Shown piece after piece: positions 48,975 to 61,379 of a DNA stretch of 64,000 nucleotides. Below the pieces are notes generated by a model that saw only the letters and a list, made by a program, of their open reading frames with translations, ran no database searches and was not told where the DNA came from. The position numbers and the translations under genes were made by a program. The first letter of the stretch is position 1. Each line of letters starts with the position of its first letter. The stretch comes from Ginglymostoma cirratum (Eukaryota), in NCBI GenBank assembly GCA_024137785.1, contig JAHRHZ010000016.1, forward strand, positions 33,879,339-33,943,338, read 5' to 3'.

Positions 48975-51218
48975 ATTGTCTTAATTTCTCTGCCTCCCTC
49001 ACCAATTTGTACTCCTCTCCCTCTGAACTGACTGCACTCTCTTATCAGATTCAATCCTGACTTTGTCTTCAAGCCTGCTGACAAGGTAGTGTTGTTGTTA
49101 TCTGGGGTACTGACCTCTACATTGCAGATGCTGATTTTTACCAGCTCTCGGACACCGTTTCATGCCTCCCCAGACCATGACCACTGTTGGGCCTCAGGTC
49201 ATTGTGTTCACGAGTGTCACCAATCTCATTTCAGCTGGCGATTTCCCCCTGACAGCCTCCAGCTTCTATGTTTTTCCCAAAATCTACAAACATGACTGCC
49301 GAGGCAGACCTATTGTTTCTCCCTGTTCTTGCCCATGGAACTTATTTTTTTTTTCTTCCTACCCTGACTCCTTTTTTTGTGTTTTTTTTTTTTTTTTTTT
49401 TTAATCATTTTTCTCTCAGTTTGAAAATTTCCAGTGTGCAGGCTTCAGTTGCCTTCTCTTCACCATGGATGTGCAATCCCTTTTACACATCCACCCAGCA
49501 GTCTTAGGACTCCCTGCTTCTTTCTGGAAAAAGGCCTCAGCTGTATTTTCCATTTTCCATTTTCCATTTCCCACTCCTGTACTTGGCTGAGCTCGACCTC
49601 AATGAACAACTCCTTTTAACTCCTCTTGCTTTCTTCAGGTCAAAGGAGTAGCCATGGGTACCCAGATAAGTTCCAATTATGTCTGCTTCTTTGTGGGATA
49701 AATGGAGAATGTCTTGTTGCAGTTCTACTCTGGTCCTTCTCCCTAACTCTTCCTCCAGTATATCAGTGACCTCATTGCTACAGCTTCCCTCTCTCTTGTT
49801 CTGAATTTATGAAATGAATTTATCAATTTCATTTCCAATTTCCACTCCGTCCTCCCCTTCACCTGCTCCATTTCTGATTCCTCCCTTCCCTTCCTCAACA
49901 TCTGTTTCCATTTCTAGGGATAAGCTGCCACTGCTATCCATTGCAAACTCACTAGCTCCCACAGTTATCTTGACTATATACCCTCACAATTTGCTTCCTG
50001 TAAAGATTTCATCCATTCTCCCAGTTTCTGTTTCTGTTGCTACCTATTACATGGTTGCCTCAGAAACATCCACCTCTTCCTCAACTGACGGTTCCCTGTA
50101 ACTTTGGTTGATAGGGCCCTTCGACATGCTTGACCCATCTCCCGCACTTCTGCCCTCACTCCTTTCCTTCCCTCCCTCAGTGATAGGATCCCCGAGTCCT
50201 CACTCACCTCACCACACCCTTCCTCCCAGCCTCTGCGTCCAAAAAGCAGAAATGGCACTTACAGTCACTTCTAACGAGGTGCTACAGCCAGACACAAATT
50301 CCAACCCTCTTTCCCCCCCCCCCCGCCCCCAAACCTTGTCAGCATTCCTCAGGGTCTGTTCCCTTCAGGACACTCTGGTCCACTTCTGCATTCCCAACAT
50401 CTCATATCGTGTGTAATTGCAGAAGGTTTAACATGCATGTTTCCTGCCTCCATCCTCACCATCCAAAGCCTCAATCATACCTTCCAAGTGAAGCAACAAT
50501 TTGTCTGTACTTAATTTTATCCTCTAAAACAGTATTCACTGTTTGCAATGTGATCTCTACATTTGGGGGAAACAAAACACAGACTAGGTGACTGCTTTGC
50601 AGAGCACCTACGTTCTGTCTGCAAAAATAACCCTGAGCTTCCAGTTGTCTGCCACTTCAACACACTACTACCATGTTCCCTGGCCAATGTTTTTGTTCCA
50701 GCAAACTTCCATACCAGCCCAAAGCACAACATTTCATCTACCACTTAGGGGCCCTACAGCCTCTAAGACTCCACATTATATTCAATAACTTCAAGCCTGA
50801 TTCCATCCTTCTATTTTTTTTTTGCTCACCTCACACCTGGTTTGATTAATCATAGGGATAGCTTTTAGCACAGTTACCCATTCTTACATACCCCATATAA
50901 CATGGGTTGCATTCAATACACTCGTTTTCTCCTACTCTTGGCTCTTATTACTTACTCAGCTTTTCTTCTTTCCTTGCCTATTATCCATAATTTCATTGTT
51001 TACCCATCCCTTGCATCTCTCTCATGCTGTCTTGCTCTTTTGCTGTCTGGGCTGTATCTCACCTATCAGTTCACTTGCCTGCCCTAACTTCAGCTTCATT
51101 ATAGATACAACTTCTTCCGAGCTGCTAACAGACCTGATGAAGAGTCACCAAACTCGAAATTTTAACTCTGCTTTCTTCCCAAAGATGCTGAGTTTCTCCA
51201 ACAATTTCTGTTTTTGCA
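48975..51218 (+). mobile_element. Long decayed Penelope-like retroelement (RT + GIY-YIG + terminal repeat with hammerhead)
   Basis: KPADK (49071), PKIYK..GRPIVS (49277-49320), MDVQS (49465), KGVAMGT (49642), GETKHRLGDCFAEHL (50566); ctgatga-a-gagt(caccaa)actc-gaaa at 51134-51159. Confidence 0.85.
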
Positions 51219-51746
51219 TACTATCAACAAGATCTACAGCAGAAATTCATCAAGGCTCCTTAGCGCCTTCCAAATACGATAGCAGTACCATCTAGAAGAG
51301 CAACAGTAGCAGCTATGTGTGAATGCCACCACTTGTAAGTTCCCCTCCAAGTCACTCACCATCTTGACTTGGAAATAAATCAGAGTCTTTGTAGTGTTGC
51401 TAGGTCAAAGTCTTGGAACATGCACACAGACTATTGATGGTATTGAGTGTCTATCTATGCCAAATGAGCTACAGCAAGAAGGCAGCCCACTTTCTCAGCA
51501 GCTAGGAAAGCCCAATCCTGGTCCAACTAGTAAAGCCCTACTTGGCCAAATGTTTTGTCCCTGTTTGCTTATCTATCTGAAAACAAAATATCTCGAAAGC
51601 TGTTACACATGTTAGGACATGGAGAACTTGGCCTTTTTAGGGCATATGCTGACATGGCAGCAATGCTTTGAAACAAAGCTAGCTCAAGTCTATTAAGATG
51701 TCAGATAACTTGCCAATGAACCTGAGCAGTGATTTACAGTCATTTT

Positions 51747-51774
51747 CTGAAGAAGGGTCCTGACCCGAAACGTC
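51747..51774 (+). ncRNA. Minimal hammerhead motif in a Penelope terminal fragment (51741-51842)
   Basis: CUGAAGA-A-GGGU(CCUG)ACCC-GAAA-CG-UC; helix II is retained with different sequence relative to 13282-13309. Confidence 0.65.
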
Positions 51775-52971
51775 AGCTTTCCTGCTCCTCTGATGCTGCC
51801 TGGCCTGCTGTTTTCCTCCAGCTCCACATTGTGTTATTTCTCACAGCCTTAACTAATTTATTGGTGCAGCTAAATTTTAACATAAAGGGACAGATTTTCT
51901 GCCAGCATAGGTAGGAGTTTTGTATGGGTACCTTGCAGAGTCTCCATCATAGCACGTTCTGAAGAAATTACCCAGAAAACTGAATTTTCTGCTGGGGAAT
52001 TCATCTGCAATAGGCATCTCTTACTTGTGCAAGATTCTATTTACATATATTTGAGGCACCAAGAGGGTTCAATAACTGAACAAACCTCCATTTACTTTGG
52101 CAAAAGGACATCAGACAGTGATCTTTCCTCACTATGCTTTGGTCGCAGCTGCCTAAACTCCAATGTTTGTTTGTTCTTTCATACACTACTGTACGGAACC
52201 AAATTGCTTCAGTGACTATGTATATAAAGTATATCTGTATGAATAAAGTATATTTTTGAAATAAAAAAAATCTTCTACAAAAGGATTCCTTTGAAAGAAG
52301 CTTCAGCATTGAAACAGAGATGACTCCTCACTCAAGTTTGGATGTATGTAAGGTTGTTGTTGAGACAAAATAAATGCATCTTTCTTCCTGATAGTTAGAT
52401 TGACTTTGTTCCAATAGGTTTTTTTTTGTCAATGTGATAAAAGCTTTTTTACGCAAAGGAGGGAAAAAGTTGTTCTTTTGTTGAAAGCAGGTTCTTGTGA
52501 ATTAGTTCAGTGACTGACCACCACTGTGAAGAAAAAAAAGTCACCTGTCAAACCAGCTCTCGGTGGAATTTTACTCGTCCACTATTACAATAAGCTGTGA
52601 TAATAATATTTCAGGGTATCAGTGAAAAACTTTGAGGAAGAGCTGGGGGACTTCTAACCTGGGGGACTTCTAACCTAACCTTAAGGTTAGAGGGGAAAGA
52701 TTTAAAAAGGACGTGAGGGGCAGCGTTTTTACACAGAGAGGTTAGTGTGTGGAATGAACTGCTAGAGGAAGTGTTGCATGTGGGTACAGTTACAACATTG
52801 TCCTGTTGGCAACTCTGAGAATGTCACAACCACATCAGTTAGCAGTTAGAGTGGTCTGTGAATGGAAAATTGGTATAGTTCACTTAGCTACCTTTTCAAT
52901 TTTTTTGTTGATCTAATGTAAACATAACCAGCAGCAGAGCCTTGGTCTGAAGAATGGTTAATTTATTGTGC

Positions 52972-53065
52972 GATAAAACGTTGTGGAGCTGGATGAACAC
53001 AGCAGGCCAAGCAGCATCAGAGGAGCAGGAAAGTTGATGTTTCGGGTCGGGACCCTCTTCAGAAA
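52972..53065 (-). mobile_element. Penelope terminal fragment with hammerhead core at 53036-53062 (-)
   Basis: Minus strand ctgaaga-gggt(cccg)accc-gaaa-catc; 13-bp TSD taatttattgtgc at 52959-52971 and 53066-53078. Confidence 0.8.
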
Positions 53066-53814
53066 TAATTTATTGTGCAACTATTTCTGGAAAATACCAA
53101 GGGAAAATGTGATACAGTTGTTGCTGACAATACAAAGATTAAAAGGTAGATTTGGGATAAGATCAGTCAGCTACTTGCTTGAATGATAAGTTGACCAAGA
53201 ATTTTGTCAAATTGTGGTTGAATCTGACAACTCATTGTACTGCTTTTGCACCTATTGGTCACTGTATCACTGCTACAATTCTCATGTTTTCATGTGATGT
53301 TGGAAGAATTTTTGCTGTCAGGTCAGCCCCAACATAGTCGTCATTATAAAACCGTCCATTAAAATAGCAGATCATCCACCGTAGCTTCCATTCTGGGAAG
53401 GTCACTAGCTATCTCTTATCTGTGTTACTATTCCTCTGGAGCAGTGGATATACCAAATAGCATGTACAACCGCCTGTATCCCCTGAAAAAGCATCTAGAA
53501 CGTAGTTAGCAAACTGATATTTCCATTCAGCCGCATGAAATGAGTGGTATAGTTTTTATTTTCGTGCAGGTGGAGAGCTGTGCTGAGCTAATGAGTAGGC
53601 AGCCATCAGGGCATTTCAGGTTCGAGGTGTTGGGTGTTGGGAGTGGGTGAGAACATGTGAGGGAAGAGTTTGCAGGCAAATTTTCTGATTATGCAAAGAT
53701 AGAAAGGAAAGCCTCATGCCAATGACTAAGCTTACGTATTTAGGGTAATGAAGATTTTTGCCTTTGCAAATTGTAGGAAAAGCATTGTTCTCACTCTAAA
53801 CTGTGTTTAAAGTT

Positions 53815-54070
53815 TTTCAGATTTGTAGCTCGGGTTGTGGATGAGGTTGTAGACTTGCTCGCTGAGCCGGTGTGTTTGATTGCAGACGTTTCGTCACCCT
53901 GCTAGGTCTGAACTGGAGGTAATGCCAACCACTCCAGAAAATCGAGGCATATAAATAACAAGCAGGACAGAACACCGATGCTTCACTGGAGGCACACTGA
54001 TGATGTTACCTAGCAGGGTAACAAAATGTTTGCAACCAAACACACTCATTTGGCAAGCAAATATACAACT
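53815..54070. mobile_element. Fourth-family Penelope-type fold-back fragment with hammerhead-like core at 53997-54030
   Basis: tgcagacgtttcgtcaccctgctaggt mirrors acctagcagggtaacaaaatgtttgca; ctgatga-t-gttacc(tagcag)ggtaac-aaaa, while the left arm preserves GAAACGUC. Confidence 0.65.
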
Positions 54071-54716
54071 AAATTGTGTTGCACGCAAGTGTATGTCTAC
54101 AAGGAGACACAAGAAACAAGTGCAGAATCACTGGAGCGATATCATATGAAAAGACTGATGAATCACTTGTCCACCACACAACAAATTAATTCAGGCAGGT
54201 CAACAGGTGATACATGGTCCATGACTGTTGGAATGATGACTGCAGAAGGAGTACATAAGGTCAAAATAACATGTCACATAAACACCAATATGTTATGTAA
54301 TTTTCACAAAGATGTGTGAAGTGGCTTAACTTTGTCATCCAAAAATGGTACCCTCAAAAGTAAGGTTCAGGCTATGTATTAACACATACTTGTGCGAAGC
54401 GGACAGATTATGTTGCAAACCTACTGCAATACCATGAAGGAAGTAGTCCAGATAACAGATGGCAATTAAAAAGCCACTCATTTTAACTAGAGCAAGTCTA
54501 AAGCTTGGACTGGTAACTGTCAAAATATTAAGATATTTGCACTGTGTCACAGCACATTAAACCTTTGCAAACAGATCCTAGTGTAGTAAAATGATGTGTT
54601 CATGGGGTGAGAATTCTCCAGGAGAATATCATCTTGAGGTAAAAGGAAGTGTGAGATGAATTCAACATCAGCTGAGGAAAGGTATAGCTGCCCTCAACAA
54701 GACTACATGCTCCTGA

Positions 54717-54902
54717 GAGATAGTAGGAACTGCCGGTGCTGGAGTCTGAGATAACAAGGTGTACAGCTGGATGAACACAGCATGCCAGGCAGCATCAGAG
54801 GAGCAGAAAAGCTGACGTTTCGAGTCTGGACCCTCCTTCTGAAGAGCTTTCCTGCTCCTCTGATGCTGCCTGGCCTGCTGTGTTCATCCAGCTCTACACC
54901 TA
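54717..54902. mobile_element. Penelope-derived palindromic mini-element
   Basis: Arms ggtgtacagctggatgaacacagca.. and ..tgctgtgttcatccagctctacacc; 13-bp TSD tacatgctcctga at 54704-54716 and 54903-54915. Confidence 0.85.
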
Positions 54903-57515
54903 TACATGCTCCTGAACTAAACTTACCTTTCTCATTGGACCAAGGTCATCCTCGAGTGTGGGACAGTACACAAGTACCAAGGATTAAGCCCATCAGGACT
55001 AGGGGATTTGTCATCTTTTAACTCCAGTAGTTGTTTATCAATTCACTTTTCCTGCTGAACGTAATTGTTGTAAATTCCTGCCACCTTTACACCTCCAGAA
55101 GTGCTACAACTTTAGTATGTGGGAGTTTTTGGATGCTAGTGTGATCCATGACAAATGTGTCAGCAGTATATGTTTGCAGCTTGAGGAGCTGTGGGTCAGA
55201 GTCAGTGAGATTTGCGCTGATCTGTACACATCATAACACATTAGGGAGGGAATATTTTGTGTGGATACTTTATTTTGATCAGCAATATTACAGTCCTCAA
55301 TTTTATTGATATAAGCCGCAAGAAATTTGAACCTGTAAGACAAGGGCTGACGCTCATCCACCCTCACTTATGCAATCCCCTTACTTGCCTCACTCATGGT
55401 AACACCATCCTTTCCCTCACCACAGACCAAATCAGAAGATTATATTCTAAGGGGTGTGACAACCTCCTGAAATAAACATGACGCATGGTGTACATTGCGA
55501 AACATTCAAATGGGGGAATACAGGCAGGAATACAACATTAGTAGGTGACAGCATAGTTCTCTGCAGATGAGATCAAATTATCAGACTGCTGTGTTGCTAT
55601 GTGATGCCAGGGTTCAGCCCATTTGCTCAAGGCTGGGGAGGAACTTGCTGTGAGGAGTGGATCCAGTGGTTCTGGTCTGATTATGTGCCAGTGACATAGG
55701 TGGCATTAGGAAAAAGGTTCTGCCTAGGGAGTATGAGCAGCCAGGACCAAAATTAGAAAGTGGAACATCAAGATAATCTCTGCGTTATTACTTCAGCCAT
55801 GAGCATAGTAGCAGTAGTTAAATAAAATTACAGATAAGAATGCATGACTCAAAAGATTGGTGTTTGCTTCCTGGGGCATTGGCCCCAGTACTGGGGAAAG
55901 AGAGATCTGTACTAGTAGGACAGTTTTCACCTTAACTGGGATGGATGCAGTGCTCTCGTTAGTCATATAAACTGCCGAGCTAGACAAACTTTAATATGAC
56001 GATGGATCAAGTTTCTGAAGATTAGGTAGAGAAAATAAGGAAAGACAAGGTAGCAAGAAGTGAAATGCTGATCAGAATGCAATAGGGAGGGACAGAGTGT
56101 ACAAACCTCAGAGTACAAAAAATAGATAGTACTGGTGATCACAAAAATAGTAAAAAGAACTAAAGATTCTTCATTTGAATGCATGAAATATGCTTGACTG
56201 AATATAAAAGTAAATATGTATGGTCTGACCATCATTACATGACTACACAATAGCAAAGGTAGAGATCTGAATATTCAAGGGTACATTATATTTAGGAAGG
56301 TAAAAGTAAACAGGGGAAGTTAGAAAGGTGCTCCGTTGATTAAGGATTATATTGGTACAATAAGACAGATATGAACTTAACTCTGTGAATCAGGATGTGG
56401 AATCAGTTTGGGTACAGATGAAACATAGGAAAGAAGTTACTTATGGGTAAATGTGATTTTTAGGTTTCCAAATAATGATCACATTGTAGAGTCGGGCACC
56501 CAGGCAGAAATAATAAGCACTTTTGAAAACGATATGCCTCTAAACATGGCAGATTTTAATCTGCATATAGAGTGAATAAATCAGAGTGACAAAGATAGCC
56601 TATGTGCTCCTGAACTAAGGTCATCTCTTTTAATTGTACCAAGGTCATCCTTAAATGGAGAATGCAGGAGGGTACACCAGAAACTGCACCAGACATACCT
56701 AATAATGAAATGTTGACCTGATGAACAGGATTATTTCTGTGCCAAGCAGCACAAGCAACTAATTCTGGGCTGAGTGATTCCATAACCAATGGATCAGATC
56801 TAAGCACTACAGTCCTGCGCCATCCTGTCGTGAATGACGTGCATTTAGATAAGTCACTGGATGAGGAGGCTGCACAAACTCTGTGATAGGGAAGCCCAGC
56901 ACATCAGCGCAAAAGATAAGTGCTAAGTGGATGATTCATCTTTGCCTCCTCCAGTGGTCCCTTGATAGCATTCTTCACTCCATGTGATATCAAGATAGGA
57001 TTGGAAACAATAGACACTACAAAGGCTCTGGGCCCTGACAACATTCCAGCAATAGTACTGCAGATGTGCTCCAGAACCAGATCACCCTTAGCCGAGCTGT
57101 TCTGTGCATCTACAACACTGGCATTGATACAACAATGTGGAAAATTGTCCAGGTATGTCCGGTACTCAAAAGGCATAACAAATCCTATGCAGCCAATTAA
57201 CCTCCCACAACAAAAGCAGAAATTGCTGAAATAGCTCAGCAGGTCTGGCAGCAGCTGTGGACAGAAATCAGAGTTAACATTTCAGTGATCCTTCCTCAGA
57301 ACGGTCATACTTCTGATAAATCCATTCCCAATCATCAGTAAAGTACTGTTGGAGGTTAGTCATCTCAACTCTGAGACATCTGTACAGGAGTTCCTCAGGA
57401 TAGTTTCTAAGGTCCGCTTATCTTCAGTTCCTTTGTCAATGATTTTACCTCCATCATAAGGTCAGAGTGTAACTGTAGATGATTTATCTTTCTCTTCAGT
57501 AAAACTTAGAAAAAG

Positions 57516-57730
57516 TCAGGAACAAATACAGAAGTTGCTGGAAAAACTCAGCCAGTCTGGCAGCACCTGTGAAGAAAAAATCAGAGGTAACGTTTCAGGT
57601 CCGGTGACCCTTCCTCAGAACCAGTTCAGAGGAGGGGTCACTGGACCTGAAATGTTAATTCTGATATTTTTCTTCACAGATGCCGCCAGACTGGCTGAAC
57701 TTTTCCAGCAACTTCTGTTTTTGCTCCTGA
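57516..57730. mobile_element. Penelope-derived near-perfect palindrome with back-to-back hammerhead cores
   Basis: Arms of about 105 bp centred near 57622; ctgaggaagggtcaccggacctgaaacgtt on - (57589-57618) and a degenerate mirror on + (57627-57656). Confidence 0.85.
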
Positions 57731-58559
57731 TTAATGGCATCCACAGATCTTTTGGTTTTTAATTAGAGAAAGTCAGCTTATTTTTTCTCACCAGCTGTGG
57801 TCTTTAACCAACAGATAAGTCACTGGAGAAGGAGGCTCCACAAACTTTCCTATCCTCTGTGATAGGGAAGCCCAGCAAATCAGTGCTGAGGATGATTCAT
57901 CTTTGCCACCTCCAGTAGTCCCTAGGATCACAGATACCATTCTTCACTCCATGTGATATTTGTAGTTTTTACACTTGGTAGTTCGTGTAATAGTCATCTG
58001 AATCTCCTGTGAAGAAGTGAAAAGAACCCAGGAAAAAGAGTTTGAAGAACAGAAAACTCGACAAACAAAAAACTCATCTCAGTAAACCCTATGAACTAGA
58101 ACCATTGACCTGCTTCTCCAGATGTATTTTCTCTCCACCCAAACGACTGCTTTTGTTTGTCTGTCTGTGTCTATCTGTGTGGGCGCGTCGAAGCGAGGGG
58201 AGGGGGGTGCTTACAAGTACCCAGTGCTTACAAGTTGACAGTTCATCGTTGTTTACCTATAGTTAGAATAGTTTTACTTGTAATAAATATTAATTCTTGT
58301 TCAGCAATGAAACCTGACCTGTGTTCTGTTATCCTGTGTCTATCCGACAGGCAAATTGCGGACTTTGCATACTTTGATAAAATGTTTCCGTTTTGTGATG
58401 ACTTCAGGTAAAGCGGGGCTTGATTTGCAGTGTTGGCCCAAGGAGGTGTGACGCTACAGACGCTGAAATTTTCCAGCATTTTCTGCTTTTATTTTAGATG
58501 TGCATCTGCCACAGTATTTTACATTGAAAGTGGCAGTACAGATCTAGAGAGAGAGAGAG

Positions 58560-59150
58560 CATTTAATAAAGCATACCACATCATGGACGTTATTCATAGG
58601 GCATATAGTACAAAAGTAAATAAGCCTGTATAAAATACTTGCCAGGTCTCAACTGGAGCATTGCAACCAGTTCCGGGCACCACACATTGAAAAGAATCTG
58701 AAGGCTTTAGACAGGATGCAGAAAAGATTTATGACAATGTTTGCAGGGCTGAGGAATTCCAGTTACAGACAAAGGTTAGGGAATCTGGGACCGTTCTAGA
58801 TCAGAAAGTAGGGCGGAGATACAATTGAGGTATTCAAAATCATTAGGCGTCTTTTCAGAGTAGATAAGAATACATTGTTCCCAGTGGAGCAAGGATCAAG
58901 AACCATAGGGTATAAATTTAAGGTAACTGGCAACAGTAGCAAAGTTGACAATGAATGGTTAGGATCTGAATGCGCTACCCGTGAGTCTGGTGGAAGCAGA
59001 TTCAGCTGAAGTTTTTTTAAAAAATGGAATTTAAAAAATGCAGAGCTGGGGGGAAAGGGCAAGGAATGGCACTTGGTGAATTGCTGTTTCAGATAGCCAG
59101 CATCAGCGCTACGGGCTGAATGGCCTTTGCCAGTGTCACCATTCTACCAT
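58560..59150 (+). mobile_element. Old CR1-type 3' fragment
   Basis: RSQLEHCNQFRAP and ALDRMQKRF-like remnants, plus a 3'UTR gggctgaatggcct with a (ccatt) tail. Confidence 0.6.
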
Positions 59151-59301
59151 TATATAGAATTTCTTTGGGGATTAGGCAGCATTTCGGCTGTTACCTGTTA
59201 CCAGACATATCAGAACACAGTTTCTGCTCTAACGTTAACTCGGAATAAAGTTTTTTTAAACAGCTTCCTTGTTTAAGCTCTTCCTGCAGTTCGGCTCCTG
59301 T

Positions 59302-59351
59302 CTATCTCCATGTCCCTGACAGATAACAGCATGTGCTGTAACTATTTTTGG
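59302..59351 (+). promoter_or_regulatory. Muscle-type promoter module upstream of the CHORD gene
   Basis: GATA sites (ctatct 59302-59307; agataa 59321-59326), E-box catgtg 59330-59335 and MEF2-like CTATTTTTGG 59342-59351, about 130 nt before the ATG. Confidence 0.5.
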
Positions 59352-59481
59352 CCGACTCCCTCTTGCTGTGCACTGGGTAATTTCTTCCAGACGACACAGG
59401 ATATTTCCAGAATATCCGATTCTCCCTTTTCCTGAGGGTGCAGAGAAGCGGCTGCTGTCTGCTAATCGCGAACGTGTCCTG

Positions 59482-59545
59482 ATGGCGGAGCTCTGTTATA
59501 ACCGAGGTTGCGGCCTGCGCTTTGATCCCCAAAACAACCGAGAGG
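59482..59545 (+). CDS. ITGB1BP2: CHORD-domain protein exon 1 (melusin/ITGB1BP2 favoured over CHORDC1)
   Basis: MAELCYNRGCGLRFDPQNNRE(D)|GTAAGT, 64 nt, CHORD-I N-terminus CxNxGCG; CpG-rich surroundings. Family is secure; paralogue is inferred. Confidence 0.72.
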
Positions 59546-61136
59546 GTAAGTGACAAACTTATACACAGCTCTGCTGCTTCATCAAGCTGCCTCTGCCTTC
59601 GGACGGTGGCTGGAGGCTCGAGGTCAGATCATTTTTTTTGCTGTACGAAACTTTTTTTTTAGGTTGAGAAGCTTGTTTAGTCCCATTAAGGCAGGGCTTT
59701 GGAATATTTCTTTCCAACCTTTCTCTGCTGATCCTCGCCGTGCCAGGAAAGTAACGCCTTCTTTTCCTCCATACGTAACCAAAGATATTCTACCCTCCTA
59801 TCGGTCACTTATCTTACTCACAAAGGACGGCATCTTTATCCCTCTAACCCCCGCGAAATCACACTGCTTGGTTCTGTCTGAATCGCTCCCTAATACATAT
59901 ATTGCCATCTACTGTACTGGCCTGTGAAAACACACAAGTTTCCAGTATGAGAGAATCAGCCCATCCTTGGCTCTTTATTAGTGAAAAGCAAGGCCATTCC
60001 CCATGCTCTGCCCCTAGCCTGCAGCTGCTTCAAATTTTTATCTACCTTCCCCTTGGAAAATTTGACTGTCCCTCCTCACTCTGCCAGCCAACACACTCCA
60101 TACCTTCTCAAGTTTCTGTTCCAATGCATTCCTCTTAATTACTTCAGTGCCAGTTGAAACTTATAACCTCCGATCACTGATTCCCACTGCTCACTGGAGG
60201 AATTACTCTACACTTGGGTATTTTCCCAAACAACCTGTTCAGAGATGTTATTGTACAACTCTGGAGGAGACAGGACTTGAACCTAGACTATCCAGATCAT
60301 AGGTATGGACATTACCGCCACACCAGAAGAATCCCATTCCTCTAATCTTAGTCACCCTTTCAAAGCCTTCATTAAGTCTCTAGTGAAGATCTTCACCTTT
60401 TCTCTGGTCCACTGTCTTAGATGTTGTCTTTTAATTCTGGAGCCTCATTCCTGACACTATCTGATAATTTGCACTCATTAAAATTTCTAATCTAACTAGT
60501 AACTCCTAGAAGTGCACCATTACTTTGCTATTCTAAGTCCTTGTTTGCAAACCTATGTGTCAGTGGCTTTTTATGGCTTTATCTACATGTACTTGAACTT
60601 TCTCTTCATCACACCCTTGAGTTCATTTTCATTGCCAATATTCTCTTCATTTTCCTGCTAAAATATTTAATCTCTGCCTTAAATTGCATCTGCCACCTGC
60701 TCACCAATTCCTTTTAAAGGCTCCAACATTTTTACCGAGTTTGTAAGGTGTTGTATTCCTAGAATTTATTTACTTAAATTGAGAAATAAATTTGATGGAC
60801 CAATGCATATTATGTACAGCATAACTGAGTTTGGAAGAAGAGGTGAGGTGAATCGAAAGATCTGATTAAGCCACATTTTGGACCAAGCCTATTGTCTATA
60901 GAAGGAGGAAGAAAGCCATTGGAAGAAGGAAATGAGTTTGAGGAGCGAGTTTAATGCATTTCATTTCATTACTCTGTTGGTATGGGAACCATGGGATAAA
61001 AAATAAGAACAGGTACATCTCCTAATGGCCTGTGTCAAGGAACTTTGCACAATTTTAATCTGATCTTCCCTTTCCACCATTGCATGCTCTTGTTTAAAAT
61101 ATGTTCAAAATAAGCTTTCAATACTTCTTCCAACAG

Positions 61137-61186
61137 ATGATTGCTGTTACCACCCAGGAGTTCCAATCTTTCATGATGCACTCAAG
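61137..61186 (+). CDS. ITGB1BP2: CHORD-domain protein exon 2; gene continues beyond the window
   Basis: ttcttccaacAG|(D)DCCYHPGVPIFHDALK|GTAGGT, 50 nt, phase 1 matches. CC and PIF match melusin as I recall it (SCCHHPGVPIFHDALK) rather than CHORDC1 (ACTYHPGVPVFHDALK). Confidence 0.75.
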
Positions 61187-61379
61187 GTAGGTATAAATGC
61201 GTAATCTATTTCCAGAAATAATTAACTTGAGAAAAAAGAGGGATTTGAATAGCATCAGAATGGGTATGATCTAGATGCATCTTCTTAATCTGACTTTGTG
61301 GCCTGTTTCTTTACTCACCCTCCAAAATGATTCTCCCATTCTTTAACCTTTCATGCCAATGTCATATTGCTAGTGTCAA

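Noticed and set aside
52643-52674. 16-bp tandem duplication ctgggggacttctaac (also the triple ctagcatgg at 35630-35660)
   Set aside because: Ordinary slippage inside decayed LINE sequence.
57961-58457. Possible solo LTR (tgtag...ctaca); similar block at about 52040-52600
   Set aside because: Terminal inverted pentamer present but no target-site duplication found; insufficient support.
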